Shown here piece after piece: positions 26,827 through 36,304 of a DNA stretch of 38,131 nt; positions within the stretch are counted from its first letter, which is position 1; each line of letters starts with the position of its first letter. The DNA comes from a virus (Duplodnaviria > Caudoviricetes), in the IMG/VR virus record IMGVR_UViG_3300005405_000058, positions 1-38,131 of that record. One strand, given 5' to 3'. The notes beneath the pieces are model-generated. The model saw only the letters and a list, made by a program, of their open reading frames with translations. It ran no database searches and was not told the DNA's origin. Position numbers and translations under genes: made by a program.

Positions 26827-27345
26827 ATGAATGAGATACCTGAAAAACTAATAAATCTACGTGTATATCAGGATGGTAATGATCTTTTGGGTGTAGCTGA
26901 TGCAGATTTACCTGACCTTGAATACATGTCTGAGACGGTCAAGGGGGCAGGGGTAGCTGGTGAAGTGGAATCCCCTACGATTGGTCATTTTCAGAAAATG
27001 ACCTTAAAGTTATCGTGGAGAACGGTCACTAAGCCTCTTATTTTCTTGGCAAAACCAAAGATTCATGCTCTTGATTTACGAGGAGCAATCCAAGTTTGTG
27101 ATCCAGCAAATGGTGAATTAAAGGTCAAAGCTCTGCGGGTTGCTGTTCGCACATTACCTAAGAAGACGGGGCTAGGAAAGATGGAAATGGGCGGAGCAGG
27201 TGACGCATCAAATGAATTTGAAGTAATTTATATTAAAATCGATCTCGATGGCGAAACGCTTGCAGAAATTGATAAATATAATTATATCTGCATCATAGAT
27301 GGTACTGATTATCTTGCAGAAGTTAAGAAAGCACTAGGATTATAA
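26827..27345 (+). CDS. Tail tube protein (P2 FII-like)
   Basis: GAGVAGE..., EIDKYN...DGTDYLA. Confidence 0.92.
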   Translation: MNEIPEKLINLRVYQDGNDLLGVADADLPDLEYMSETVKGAGVAGEVESPTIGHFQKMTLKLSWRTVTKPLIFLAKPKIHALDLRGAIQVCDPANGELKVKALRVAVRTLPKKTGLGKMEMGGAGDASNEFEVIYIKIDLDGETLAEIDKYNYICIIDGTDYLAEVKKALGL

Positions 27346-27399
27346 TAATGGCCCCCTTTGCATTGCATTGGGGGTACTATTTTTAGGAGGCGGTAGCAT

Positions 27400-27675
27400 A
27401 TGAAACATGTATTAAAAAAAACTTTCACTTTTGAAGGGAAAGAGTTTACAGAAATCGATTTAGATATTGAGGCGTTAACTGGTGATGATTTGATTAAAGC
27501 TTCAAAAGAGGCGCGAATTTTAGGGGACGTTGCTCCAGTACAAGAACTATCAATGACATATCTTGCAGTTGTAGCAGCCAAAGCAGCAAAGGTTCCCGTC
27601 GATATGATTAATGCGCTTCCTGCTAAAGAGTTTTCAAAGGTCAAGATAGTGGTACAGAATTTTTTGCTCGAATAG
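27400..27675 (+). CDS. Tail assembly chaperone (gpE-like)
   Basis: LTGDDL motif; between tube and tape measure; ends NFLLE. Confidence 0.88.
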   Translation: MKHVLKKTFTFEGKEFTEIDLDIEALTGDDLIKASKEARILGDVAPVQELSMTYLAVVAAKAAKVPVDMINALPAKEFSKVKIVVQNFLLE

Positions 27676-27842
27676 GGTTGGGTGAAAATCCCCATAAAAC
27701 AATACAAAAAATTAGTATACGGTTATCGACTACGAATTATACGCCAGTTTCCTATTGGGTTTCATTGCCGATAACTGAATTACTTTCTTGGTTAGACTCT
27801 GCGCTTCAAGTTATAGAAGAAGATAAAAAAAAACAAAAATAA
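27660..27842 (+). CDS. -1 frameshift extension of the chaperone (gpE+E'-like)
   Basis: Slippery T TTT TTG at 27660-27666; -1 frame open to TAA 27842 (..TPVSYWVSLPITELLSWLDS..). Confidence 0.8.
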   Translation, partial: FFARIGLGENPHKTIQKISIRLSTTNYTPVSYWVSLPITELLSWLDSALQVIEEDKKKQK

Positions 27843-27854
27843 AGGGGCTAAATT

Positions 27855-30341
27855 ATGGCACGTGTATTCGATATTGCATTTAATTTAGCGGCAAATTTAG
27901 GATCAAGCTTTAGCAGTACTTTTGGATCGGCATCTAGCCAACTTAGAAATTTGCAAACAAATGCCTCTACTTTAAGGACAAGCATGCGTGAACTGGAGAG
28001 AGCGCAACGAACAGGTCAGATATCAGCAGCTGAATATGCTAACCAGCAACGTAGATTAGCTGAAGAGTTAGCACGTACGGAGCGTGCTCAGCGAAACCTT
28101 TCAGGTGCTATGCGCGCTCAACAGAATGTTAGTAATTTTAAAGATAAGGCTCAGGGCGCGATGACTACCGCTGCAATAGGGGTGGCCGCGTTTGCTGTGC
28201 CGATTGCATCTGCTATTCAGTATGATAGTGCTATGACGGGAGTCGCGAAGCAAGTCGATGGGGCAAGGGATGATGCCGGAAATCTAACAAATGTTTATTA
28301 CGAAATGAGTCAGCAGATCATGCAAGCAAGTAAATCGATGATGATTATGCCTGATGTTATGGCAAAATCATTTACTATGGCTGCTAAATCAGGTGTTAAA
28401 GGTGCAGAAAACATCGATAGATTTGCCCGCATGGGAATCATGATGGGTACAGCATTTGAAGCTCCAGCAGAGAAAATTACAGAGGATTTTGCAAAAATTG
28501 GTAGTGCTATTGGAATAAATTTAGAGACTAAGGAAGGTATTGATAAGCTAGAAGAATTAGCTAATGCCGTCAACTACCTAGATGATCAGACGAATGCTAG
28601 TGGTGCTGATATTATTGATGTACTTAAACGCACCGCGGGTACAGCCTCATCATTACTACCTACGTTATCCGATAAAACTCTTGCTGGTATGGCAACAGCC
28701 ATGCTGCAGATGGGAGAAACATCTGAAACAACGGGAACAGCATTAAATGCGTTATTTACAAAAGTGGCAGCGGCTCCTACGCAAGGTAAACCGTTCCAAG
28801 AAGCGCTTGCACAAATCGGATATAGTGCAGAAGAATTGCAAGCAGGAGCGTTACAAGATGCCGAAGGTACTATGTTAAATTTATTTGAACGTATAGGACA
28901 ACTGGATGGTGCAAGTAAAAACAATGTTTTAGCAGAACTTTTTGGAGCTGAATATATTGGAAAACTATCTAAAATATCAGGCAATTATGATCAGTTTGTT
29001 GAAATTATAAAAAAAGGAAATTCTGAAGCGGCAAAGGGTAGTATGGCAAGAGAGTTTGCTATACAATCGGATACCGTAGCTAGAAAATTAGAAGGTGTGA
29101 AGGTAGCCGCAGCGCATTCTGCAATTTCCATGGGGCAGATTTTACTGCCTGCTGTGATCGAAGTTACACAAAAAATTATGGAGATATCAAGTAGGTTTGC
29201 TGAATGGTCAGTTAGAAATCCTGAACTAACGAGTTTAATAGTAAAAACAGCGGCAGGGGTTGCAGTTTTATCATTAGTTGTTGCAACTACTGCATTTGCT
29301 TTTTCATCAGTGATATTGCCACTCATGACTTTTGGCCGATGGATGTTTATGGCTAGGATTGCAACTGATGGTATGGTATTATCTTCTCGGGCACATGCTA
29401 TGTGGTCAGGGATTTGTTCCTTAGCTACTAGCGCGTGGACAAGAGTGCAATTAATATGGAATGCAGCAATGGGAATTGGTAAGATTCTATTATCGGTTGG
29501 AATGATGGTTGGTTACGCTGCCTGGGCAGGGATTTGTGCTACTGCGACAGCAGCATGGACAGGCGCTCAATGGTTGTGGAATGCGGCACTTACTGCAAAC
29601 CCTATAGGGTTGGTTATAGTAGGTATTGCTGGTCTAATAGCGGCGGGATATTTATTGATTACTAACTGGGATACGGTAAAAACTTGGTTTTCTTTATTGT
29701 GGAATGATCCAATGGCTGCGCTATCATCATTTGCGAATGGAATTATGGAAAAACTTTCAGGCCCACTGCAGTGGTTAGAAGAAAAATGGAATGGATTGAA
29801 AAACCTATTTGCAGGTGGCTTGGACGGAGGTAATATAGGGGCGCATGATGGCAACATTGCTACACCAGACATTGCATCGAATGCTATCGGAGGGATATAC
29901 AATAAAGGATCGTTTTTAACTACGTTTGCAGAAGATGGGCCAGAAGCAGCGATTCCTTTAGATGGTTCGCCACGTTCCATGGGGCTATTGGCGCAAGTAA
30001 ATCAGATGATGGGATTTGGCACAGATCAAAACAATGGAGAGGGTGAGGCAGTCCCACGTTCCATGGGGCTATTGGCGCAAGTAAATCAGATGATGGGATT
30101 TGGTACAGATCAAAACAATGGAGAGGGCGGGGCAGTAGGTTTATTATCGTCTTTTTCTAACCAGCAGAGCAGTAGTAATAGTGGTGGTGGGAATATGGTC
30201 CAGATTGATTACAAGCCAGCAAATATTTATATTTATGGCAATCCAGAACCTGGGCAAGTACAAAGCGAAGTTAATAAGGCTAATAGTTCCTTCCTTGACT
30301 TTCTGCACAATGAAAGGCGGCTGAGTTTTAACGATGGCTAA
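27855..30341 (+). CDS. Tail tape measure protein (TP901-type core)
   Basis: Ala-rich helical, ANAVNYLDD, LFG, W-repeats and ANPIG. Confidence 0.93.
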   Translation: MARVFDIAFNLAANLGSSFSSTFGSASSQLRNLQTNASTLRTSMRELERAQRTGQISAAEYANQQRRLAEELARTERAQRNLSGAMRAQQNVSNFKDKAQGAMTTAAIGVAAFAVPIASAIQYDSAMTGVAKQVDGARDDAGNLTNVYYEMSQQIMQASKSMMIMPDVMAKSFTMAAKSGVKGAENIDRFARMGIMMGTAFEAPAEKITEDFAKIGSAIGINLETKEGIDKLEELANAVNYLDDQTNASGADIIDVLKRTAGTASSLLPTLSDKTLAGMATAMLQMGETSETTGTALNALFTKVAAAPTQGKPFQEALAQIGYSAEELQAGALQDAEGTMLNLFERIGQLDGASKNNVLAELFGAEYIGKLSKISGNYDQFVEIIKKGNSEAAKGSMAREFAIQSDTVARKLEGVKVAAAHSAISMGQILLPAVIEVTQKIMEISSRFAEWSVRNPELTSLIVKTAAGVAVLSLVVATTAFAFSSVILPLMTFGRWMFMARIATDGMVLSSRAHAMWSGICSLATSAWTRVQLIWNAAMGIGKILLSVGMMVGYAAWAGICATATAAWTGAQWLWNAALTANPIGLVIVGIAGLIAAGYLLITNWDTVKTWFSLLWNDPMAALSSFANGIMEKLSGPLQWLEEKWNGLKNLFAGGLDGGNIGAHDGNIATPDIASNAIGGIYNKGSFLTTFAEDGPEAAIPLDGSPRSMGLLAQVNQMMGFGTDQNNGEGEAVPRSMGLLAQVNQMMGFGTDQNNGEGGAVGLLSSFSNQQSSSNSGGGNMVQIDYKPANIYIYGNPEPGQVQSEVNKANSSFLDFLHNERRLSFNDG
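29970..30137 (+). repeat. 84-bp tandem duplication in the tape measure gene
   Basis: 29970-30053 vs 30054-30137 with about 4 mismatches; PRSMGLLAQVNQMMGFGTDQNNGEG occurs twice. Confidence 0.95.
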
Positions 30342-30537
30342 AACTTATACGACCACACAAGGCGATACGTGGGATATTATAGCCTTACGACAAATGGGCA
30401 GCGAGAAGTATATGAGCGCACTCATCGAAGCTAACCACCAGCATAATTCAATAGTGATTTTCCCAGCGGGTGTAGTAATAACTATTCCTGAAACGACTAT
30501 TCGAGTGGCTGCGACATTGCCACCATGGAAGAGGTGA
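30334..30537 (+). CDS. Tail protein X (LysM-like)
   Basis: YTTTQGDTWDIIA...LPPWKR. Confidence 0.92.
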   Translation: MAKTYTTTQGDTWDIIALRQMGSEKYMSALIEANHQHNSIVIFPAGVVITIPETTIRVAATLPPWKR

Positions 30538-30541
30538 GATA

Positions 30542-31549
30542 ATGTCACTAGCAAGGCGTGCGCGGGTAACTATCACTTATGAAGACAAAGATATATCAAA
30601 TGACTTGGCACCATTTTTAAAGTCATTCGAATACAGCGATAATGCGGAAGATAAGTCAGATGAGATCCAAATAACGTTAGAGGATCGCGAAATGCTCTGG
30701 ATAGGTGACTGGTACCCGGCTAAAGGTGCAAAACTATCTGCTGCAATTATTGTCATGGAGAACGATGCCGAACAAAGATTACCTTGTGGCACTTTTGAAA
30801 TTGACGAAATAGAAAGCACTGGACCGCCAAACGAAGTAAAAATAAAAGCTGTTTCAGTGCCATTTTCAAGCGGAATCAGGCATGACAAGAAAAATAAACC
30901 TTGGGAGAATGTAACATTATCAGCAATTGCGAGCGATATATCCACCCGAGCAGGTTTGCAACTTTTTTTTGATAGTGAAGATGATTCTAATTTTGACCGG
31001 GTAGATCAGGTAAATCGGGGTGATTTGACATTTTTACAGTCGTTATGTCAGCGGACGGGGCACAGTTTAAAAGTCACTGATGAAAAAATAGTTATCTACG
31101 ATCAGGAGCAGTATGAGAGTCAAGGCGCAGTGTTTACGCTAAAAAAAGGTAAGGATAATATTAAAAGCTATAGCTTTGGCAGTAAAAACCTGTCAGTCTA
31201 TAAAGCCGCTAGTGTCGAATACAATGATCCAAAAACAGGTAAAACCCATAAAGGCGATTTTGATACAGAGGGTGAAGGCCCCACACTAGTTATTAATGAA
31301 CGCGTGGGCAGTGATGGCGAGGCTGAAAAACTGGCGAAAAAGCGATTGCGTCAGAAGAATAAAGATGAAAACACAGCTAAAATAGATCTTAGTATAGGAG
31401 ATATTCGTTTAGTCGGTGGTGTGAATATCATGGTTGAAGGTTTTAAAATCCACGATGGTAAATATGCAGTAACATCAGCTAAACATACTGTATCAAACAG
31501 TGGTTATGGTACCGATATTGAAATTCGCAAATGTTTGGAGGGTTACTGA
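30542..31549 (+). CDS. Baseplate hub / late control D-like protein
   Basis: YSDNAEDKSDEIQITL...DLTFL...LKVTD. Confidence 0.88.
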   Translation: MSLARRARVTITYEDKDISNDLAPFLKSFEYSDNAEDKSDEIQITLEDREMLWIGDWYPAKGAKLSAAIIVMENDAEQRLPCGTFEIDEIESTGPPNEVKIKAVSVPFSSGIRHDKKNKPWENVTLSAIASDISTRAGLQLFFDSEDDSNFDRVDQVNRGDLTFLQSLCQRTGHSLKVTDEKIVIYDQEQYESQGAVFTLKKGKDNIKSYSFGSKNLSVYKAASVEYNDPKTGKTHKGDFDTEGEGPTLVINERVGSDGEAEKLAKKRLRQKNKDENTAKIDLSIGDIRLVGGVNIMVEGFKIHDGKYAVTSAKHTVSNSGYGTDIEIRKCLEGY

Positions 31550-32001
31550 TGGCTGAAATGGATGAAATTGTGAGAGTAGGAAAGGTTGTGTCGATTGATG
31601 AAAAAGCGCACACGGTACGAGTTCAATTACCAGACCGGGGCGGCATGGTATCATATGACTTGCCAGTATTAGTGTCTGGTTCAGCGGACGTACAAGACTA
31701 TAACCTTCCGGGCGAGCATACCGATGTTGTTTGTATTTTTCTTCCTAACGGCCAACAACAAGGGTTTATTTTAGGGGCTTATTATACCGAAGCTAATAAA
31801 CCGCCTGCCAGTAACCGCAAAAAATTTATGAAAAAATTCAGTGATGGGACTACTCTCGAATACGACAGAAGTAATAAAGTATTAACTGTGACAGCTGACG
31901 GTGGTATCACTATTAACGGAAACATAACAATTAAAGGTAACCTAACCGCTTCTGGCTCTATCACTGACAGTGGTGGCAATACAAACAATCACAGCCACTA
32001 G
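31549..32001 (+). CDS. Baseplate spike (gpV-like)
   Basis: VRVGKV..., GFILG, FSDGT..EYD, C-terminal HxH (NNHSH). Confidence 0.9.
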   Translation: MAEMDEIVRVGKVVSIDEKAHTVRVQLPDRGGMVSYDLPVLVSGSADVQDYNLPGEHTDVVCIFLPNGQQQGFILGAYYTEANKPPASNRKKFMKKFSDGTTLEYDRSNKVLTVTADGGITINGNITIKGNLTASGSITDSGGNTNNHSH

Positions 32002-32010
32002 GAGGTAACT

Positions 32011-32328
32011 ATGGAAATTCAAGTCAGTACTTTGACTGCATCGAAAGAAATAAAATTCGCACCATTGACTGAAATTGAAGAAATCATACAGAATGTGCGT
32101 ACCATAATAACGACACCGATCTATTCCGTACCACTCGATAGGTTATTTGGCACTAAACAAGAAATGTTAGATTTACCTATGCCAGTAGCTCAGGCTCGTT
32201 TGTCAGCAGAAATTGTGCAAGCTGTACAAAGGTTTGAGCCAAGGGTAATAGTAACGGAAGTAAGTTATTCAAGTGAAGGCATTGACGGGCGGCTGCATCC
32301 AATAGTGCGGTTCAAAATCAAGGAGTGA
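32011..32328 (+). CDS. Baseplate wedge gpW/gp25-like protein
   Basis: IIQNV..I..TP..SVPLDRLFG...FEPRV. Confidence 0.9.
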   Translation: MEIQVSTLTASKEIKFAPLTEIEEIIQNVRTIITTPIYSVPLDRLFGTKQEMLDLPMPVAQARLSAEIVQAVQRFEPRVIVTEVSYSSEGIDGRLHPIVRFKIKE

Positions 32329-32334
32329 TGTTAG

Positions 32335-33255
32335 ATGATTGGAACATTCGGCCCCGTGACATTTGAAGTCTCTGCCGAGAAAACTCGTACATTTGACGAC
32401 TTCAAAAGGAAGACATCCGTAAAGTTTGAGCAACATGATATCGTTGGCCTGAAGCCAAAGTTGGAATTTGTTGCTCCTGGACTGGATGAAATTTCATTTC
32501 AGGTCATTTTCTCTGCGTTTCTAGGACTAAGTCCACTAAAAGAAGCGGAGCAACTGCGCCAGATTGTTCAGAAAGGAGAATATTATCCATTAATTATTAA
32601 GGGGAAAATACTAGGGAATTTTGTTATTGAGTCGTTATCTGAAACTTGGAAACATCTTGATAAGGAAGGGAACGTTCTATATATTGCAGTGGATATAAGT
32701 TTAAAAGAATACTATGTCGAACCTAAACCTATAAAAGCTAGTACAAGTACATCCAGTGCAGCAGCTGCTGTAGCCAAGGTTGATAAGATAAAAGATGCCA
32801 TTAAGGATCAAGCAAAAAAAGCAGGTATTGATAAATTGAAAGATATAGCCGCGCTTGCTAATGCCGCCATGATGGCAGTAAAAAATCCGATGTCGGCTAT
32901 CATTGGTGTCAATAGTTTGCTCAAGAATGTTCAAGGACTTCAAAATGTGGCAAAGTATGTTCAAATGGCAAAAAATAAAGACGTAACGGGGGCACTAAAT
33001 CAGTTAACAAGTGGAAAGTTAGGAGCATATAAAATAGCTGGAATTAATGTAATGGATCTAGCTAAAAAATCCCAATCAAATCCTAAAGACGCTTTAATTA
33101 ATGTGCTTAGCGGTGTAGTCAAAGTGGATCCAACTAACAGAATTGAAGTGGCTAAGAAGTTGTTTGGTGAAAAGGCCGCTGGCCCTGTATTACAGTTAGC
33201 CAAGAAAACGGAGGAATTAAAACAGGAATTTGACAAGGGGGTGATTAACGTATGA
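32335..33255 (+). CDS. gpU-like tail protein with a long C-terminal extension
   Basis: MIGTFGPVTFEVS...LKEY gpU domain (~128 aa) plus ~180-aa helical extension. Confidence 0.8.
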   Translation: MIGTFGPVTFEVSAEKTRTFDDFKRKTSVKFEQHDIVGLKPKLEFVAPGLDEISFQVIFSAFLGLSPLKEAEQLRQIVQKGEYYPLIIKGKILGNFVIESLSETWKHLDKEGNVLYIAVDISLKEYYVEPKPIKASTSTSSAAAAVAKVDKIKDAIKDQAKKAGIDKLKDIAALANAAMMAVKNPMSAIIGVNSLLKNVQGLQNVAKYVQMAKNKDVTGALNQLTSGKLGAYKIAGINVMDLAKKSQSNPKDALINVLSGVVKVDPTNRIEVAKKLFGEKAAGPVLQLAKKTEELKQEFDKGVINV

Positions 33256-34370
33256 TCGCGGATTTGCCATCTATTGAATTTGCTGATACGGATGCTGGAA
33301 ATATCGAGAAATCAATAATAACAATGTATGAAGCTATTGCTGACCGGACGCTTGCAGAGGGCGATCCGGTCAGATTGTTTTTGCAGTCTGTAGCAGCAAT
33401 CATTATTCAGCAACGAGTATTGATTGATTATAGCGCAAAACAGAACTTATTAGCTTACGCAACAGAGGAGTATCTAGAACACTTAGGTATTTTAGTAGGC
33501 GTAACGCGCCTGCAAGCCACTACAGCCAAAACAATGCTACGGTTTACATTGTCAGTTGTACAACCACAAGTCATTACGATTCCAGCAGGCATTCGGGCTA
33601 CAACTTCCAATAGAATAGTATTTCAGACAAGCAGTACTGCAGAAATTTTAGCAGGTACGATGTACGTTGATGTTGCTGCAGAATGCACGGTTATTGGTAC
33701 TATTGGAAATGGGTATATTGCCGATCAAGTCAATCAGTTTATTGATCCTATCGCTTGGGTGCAGTTAGTAAGCAATATAACAGAAAGTGCTGGCGGATCA
33801 GATCTTGAGAGTGATGACAGTCTACGCGAACGTATTCAGCAAGCTCCTGAATCATTTAGTGTCGCTGGGCCAGATGGAGCATATGAGTATTGGGCGAAAA
33901 CGGCATCACAGCAAGTGATTGATGTTGCTGTCTATAGTCCGGAACCAGGTGTAGTAGAAATACGGCCCTTGCTGACTGGCGGCGAAATACCTGGGACGGA
34001 AATATTACAGGCTATCACTGATGCTTGTAATGATAGGTCGATTAGACCACTCACGGATAAGGTTGTTGTATTAGCCCCTACGATAACTCATTACGAAATA
34101 AACCTTACGTATTATATTAATAGGGATAACGCGACAACCAGCTTAACTATTCAGCAGGAAGTCAATCAGGCTGTGAGCGCCTATATGATCTGGCAAAAAT
34201 CAAAGCTAAAGCGTGATATTAATCCATCAGAATTAATTTGGCGTGTACGCGCTGCTGGTGCTAGTCGTGTGGAAGTGACTTCGCCAATATACTTGGCATT
34301 AGAAAAATACCAAGTAGCTGTGGCCGAAAAGGTTACTATAAATTTTGGGGGCCTCTCAGATGGCGACTGA
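33252..34370 (+). CDS. Baseplate J-like protein
   Basis: GDPVRLFL, GGSDLESDDSLRER, SVAGPDGAYEYWA, RPLTDKV. Confidence 0.95.
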   Translation: MIADLPSIEFADTDAGNIEKSIITMYEAIADRTLAEGDPVRLFLQSVAAIIIQQRVLIDYSAKQNLLAYATEEYLEHLGILVGVTRLQATTAKTMLRFTLSVVQPQVITIPAGIRATTSNRIVFQTSSTAEILAGTMYVDVAAECTVIGTIGNGYIADQVNQFIDPIAWVQLVSNITESAGGSDLESDDSLRERIQQAPESFSVAGPDGAYEYWAKTASQQVIDVAVYSPEPGVVEIRPLLTGGEIPGTEILQAITDACNDRSIRPLTDKVVVLAPTITHYEINLTYYINRDNATTSLTIQQEVNQAVSAYMIWQKSKLKRDINPSELIWRVRAAGASRVEVTSPIYLALEKYQVAVAEKVTINFGGLSDGD

Positions 34371-35085
34371 TATCACACAAATAAAACTGATCGATCTGGT
34401 ACCTCCTAGTATTCGAGATGATCAGAAAGTGCAAGCGGCAGCGGCGGCAATTGATAAAGAGTTACAAGCTGTGACTGCTAATATCTCACAAACAATATTA
34501 ATTGCCAGGATTGATGAACTTTCAGAACCGGTACTTGATCTATTGGCTTGGCAGTTTCATGTTGATTTTTTCGAGCCGATAGGCTTCAGTATCGATAAAA
34601 AACGAGCAATGATAAAGCAATCAATTGCCTGGCATAGGCACAAGGGCACACCTTGGGCAGTAGAACAGGTAGTTACTGCTGCATTTGCTCGTGCAGAGGT
34701 ATTAGAGTGGTTTGATTATGGTGGAGATCCGTACTATTTTAAAATACGAACAATAGATATCCTTACAAATGATGAAGCATATCACGGTTTAGTTAGGGCG
34801 ATAAATACAGTTAAAAATACTCGGTCATGGCTTGATGGGATTCAAATTCACAGAGAAATCGATCAGAATATTAGTATAGGATTGCTATCCGGTAAAGGAG
34901 GCAAGCAAGTTATTGGCTTGCCATACAATACAAAAGCAACTATACCTAAGATGATCGGTATTGCGAACCGAATTGGCGGACGCAAAAGAATAGATATTTC
35001 GTTGCCTACACTCGCACCAGTGACAATGTTTTTTGGTGCTGTTTTACGTAAAGGTGGAAAAATTACAATAGAAAGGAGAATGTAA
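34360..35085 (+). CDS. Tail protein I-like
   Basis: LDLLAWQFHVD...HRHKGTPWAV...EWFDYGGDPYYF. Confidence 0.92.
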   Translation: MATDITQIKLIDLVPPSIRDDQKVQAAAAAIDKELQAVTANISQTILIARIDELSEPVLDLLAWQFHVDFFEPIGFSIDKKRAMIKQSIAWHRHKGTPWAVEQVVTAAFARAEVLEWFDYGGDPYYFKIRTIDILTNDEAYHGLVRAINTVKNTRSWLDGIQIHREIDQNISIGLLSGKGGKQVIGLPYNTKATIPKMIGIANRIGGRKRIDISLPTLAPVTMFFGAVLRKGGKITIERRM

Positions 35086-36291
35086 ATGAGTCAATATAAT
35101 GGAATGACATTGACGGCGGCAGGACTGCAGTTAGAAACTAAAGCACAAACTGGTGCAACATTGCATTTCACGAGAGTTGCATTAGGTGATGGTCAACTGG
35201 CGCAAGGACAAATATTATCAGCGCTGAGTGATCTAATTAGTCACAAGTTAAATTTACCAATCACGACACTGGACGTTACTGGTACTGGTACCGCACGCAT
35301 GCAGACTGTGTTGCAAAATTCAGAGCTGCAAATAGGTTTTTTTGCTCGCGAAATCGGTGTGTACGCGACTGATCCAGATGTGGGGGAAATATTGTATGCA
35401 GTGGCCAATGCAGGAGATATGGCTGATTATATTCCTGCGGGTGGCGGTGCTGACGTAGTAGAGCTGATATTAGAGGTTGTAACGGTAGTTGGACAGGCTG
35501 AAACAGTGACAGCAAATATAAATACCTCACTACTATTTACTACCCAAGTAGAATCGTTTGACCATTATAACAGTACTGACCCTCACCCTAACGCGCCTAG
35601 CCTTAGAGCGGCTACCGCGTCGCCTACTCACTTTTGGGGCCAGGTAGGGGGGGATAATCACTTGCACCCTGTAAGCCTAGACGCAGCAAAGGCTATTATT
35701 CTAGGCGGTGATGGTGCAGACATATCAATCATGCGTGGTCGCATCGATCAAACCGAGCGTGAAATGGCGAATATAGCATTGCGCTTGGAGGCAGAGGGCA
35801 TCTATCCCGACTACAATACACTATTGGCAGAGGATTTTAAAATCCCAGACTTGGTTGACCAGTTTAGCTGTGATATTACAAGTATTGTAGCCGGGGATGA
35901 CAGTATCGACGTATCGACGCTCAGAGGAATAGTACCAGGGGCTTGGTACACAATCAGTGATGGAGTAGGACAAGAAAGGTGTCAAGTCAAGTCAGTAGTC
36001 AAAAACGGCAGCACTTACAGACTGATTATGATGGCGGCCGTAATTAATACTTACGTATCAGGGCAGGTCACTATGTACAGGACAACAGCGCAAATACAAA
36101 CAAATTCCGGGCAGGCTGAAGGTTCTGGTGATCGACGGAGTGCTGTTTGGCAGCCTGCGTTAGTATGGACAGGAATAAACTCGAATACTTCCGCGACTTT
36201 GCCATTAGTGACTACTGCTAGCAATGCGGGGGCATTTACAGCTAGCGGCGATATTGGGTATACGGCAGATGGTGCTGTAACTTTGGTTTAG
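35086..36291 (+). CDS. Tail fibre / collar protein (gpH-like N-terminus)
   Basis: LTAAG..., FTRVALGDG, GFFAREIGVYA, ILYAVAN. Confidence 0.85.
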   Translation: MSQYNGMTLTAAGLQLETKAQTGATLHFTRVALGDGQLAQGQILSALSDLISHKLNLPITTLDVTGTGTARMQTVLQNSELQIGFFAREIGVYATDPDVGEILYAVANAGDMADYIPAGGGADVVELILEVVTVVGQAETVTANINTSLLFTTQVESFDHYNSTDPHPNAPSLRAATASPTHFWGQVGGDNHLHPVSLDAAKAIILGGDGADISIMRGRIDQTEREMANIALRLEAEGIYPDYNTLLAEDFKIPDLVDQFSCDITSIVAGDDSIDVSTLRGIVPGAWYTISDGVGQERCQVKSVVKNGSTYRLIMMAAVINTYVSGQVTMYRTTAQIQTNSGQAEGSGDRRSAVWQPALVWTGINSNTSATLPLVTTASNAGAFTASGDIGYTADGAVTLV

Positions 36292-36304
36292 GAGGAGGGA
36301 TATT

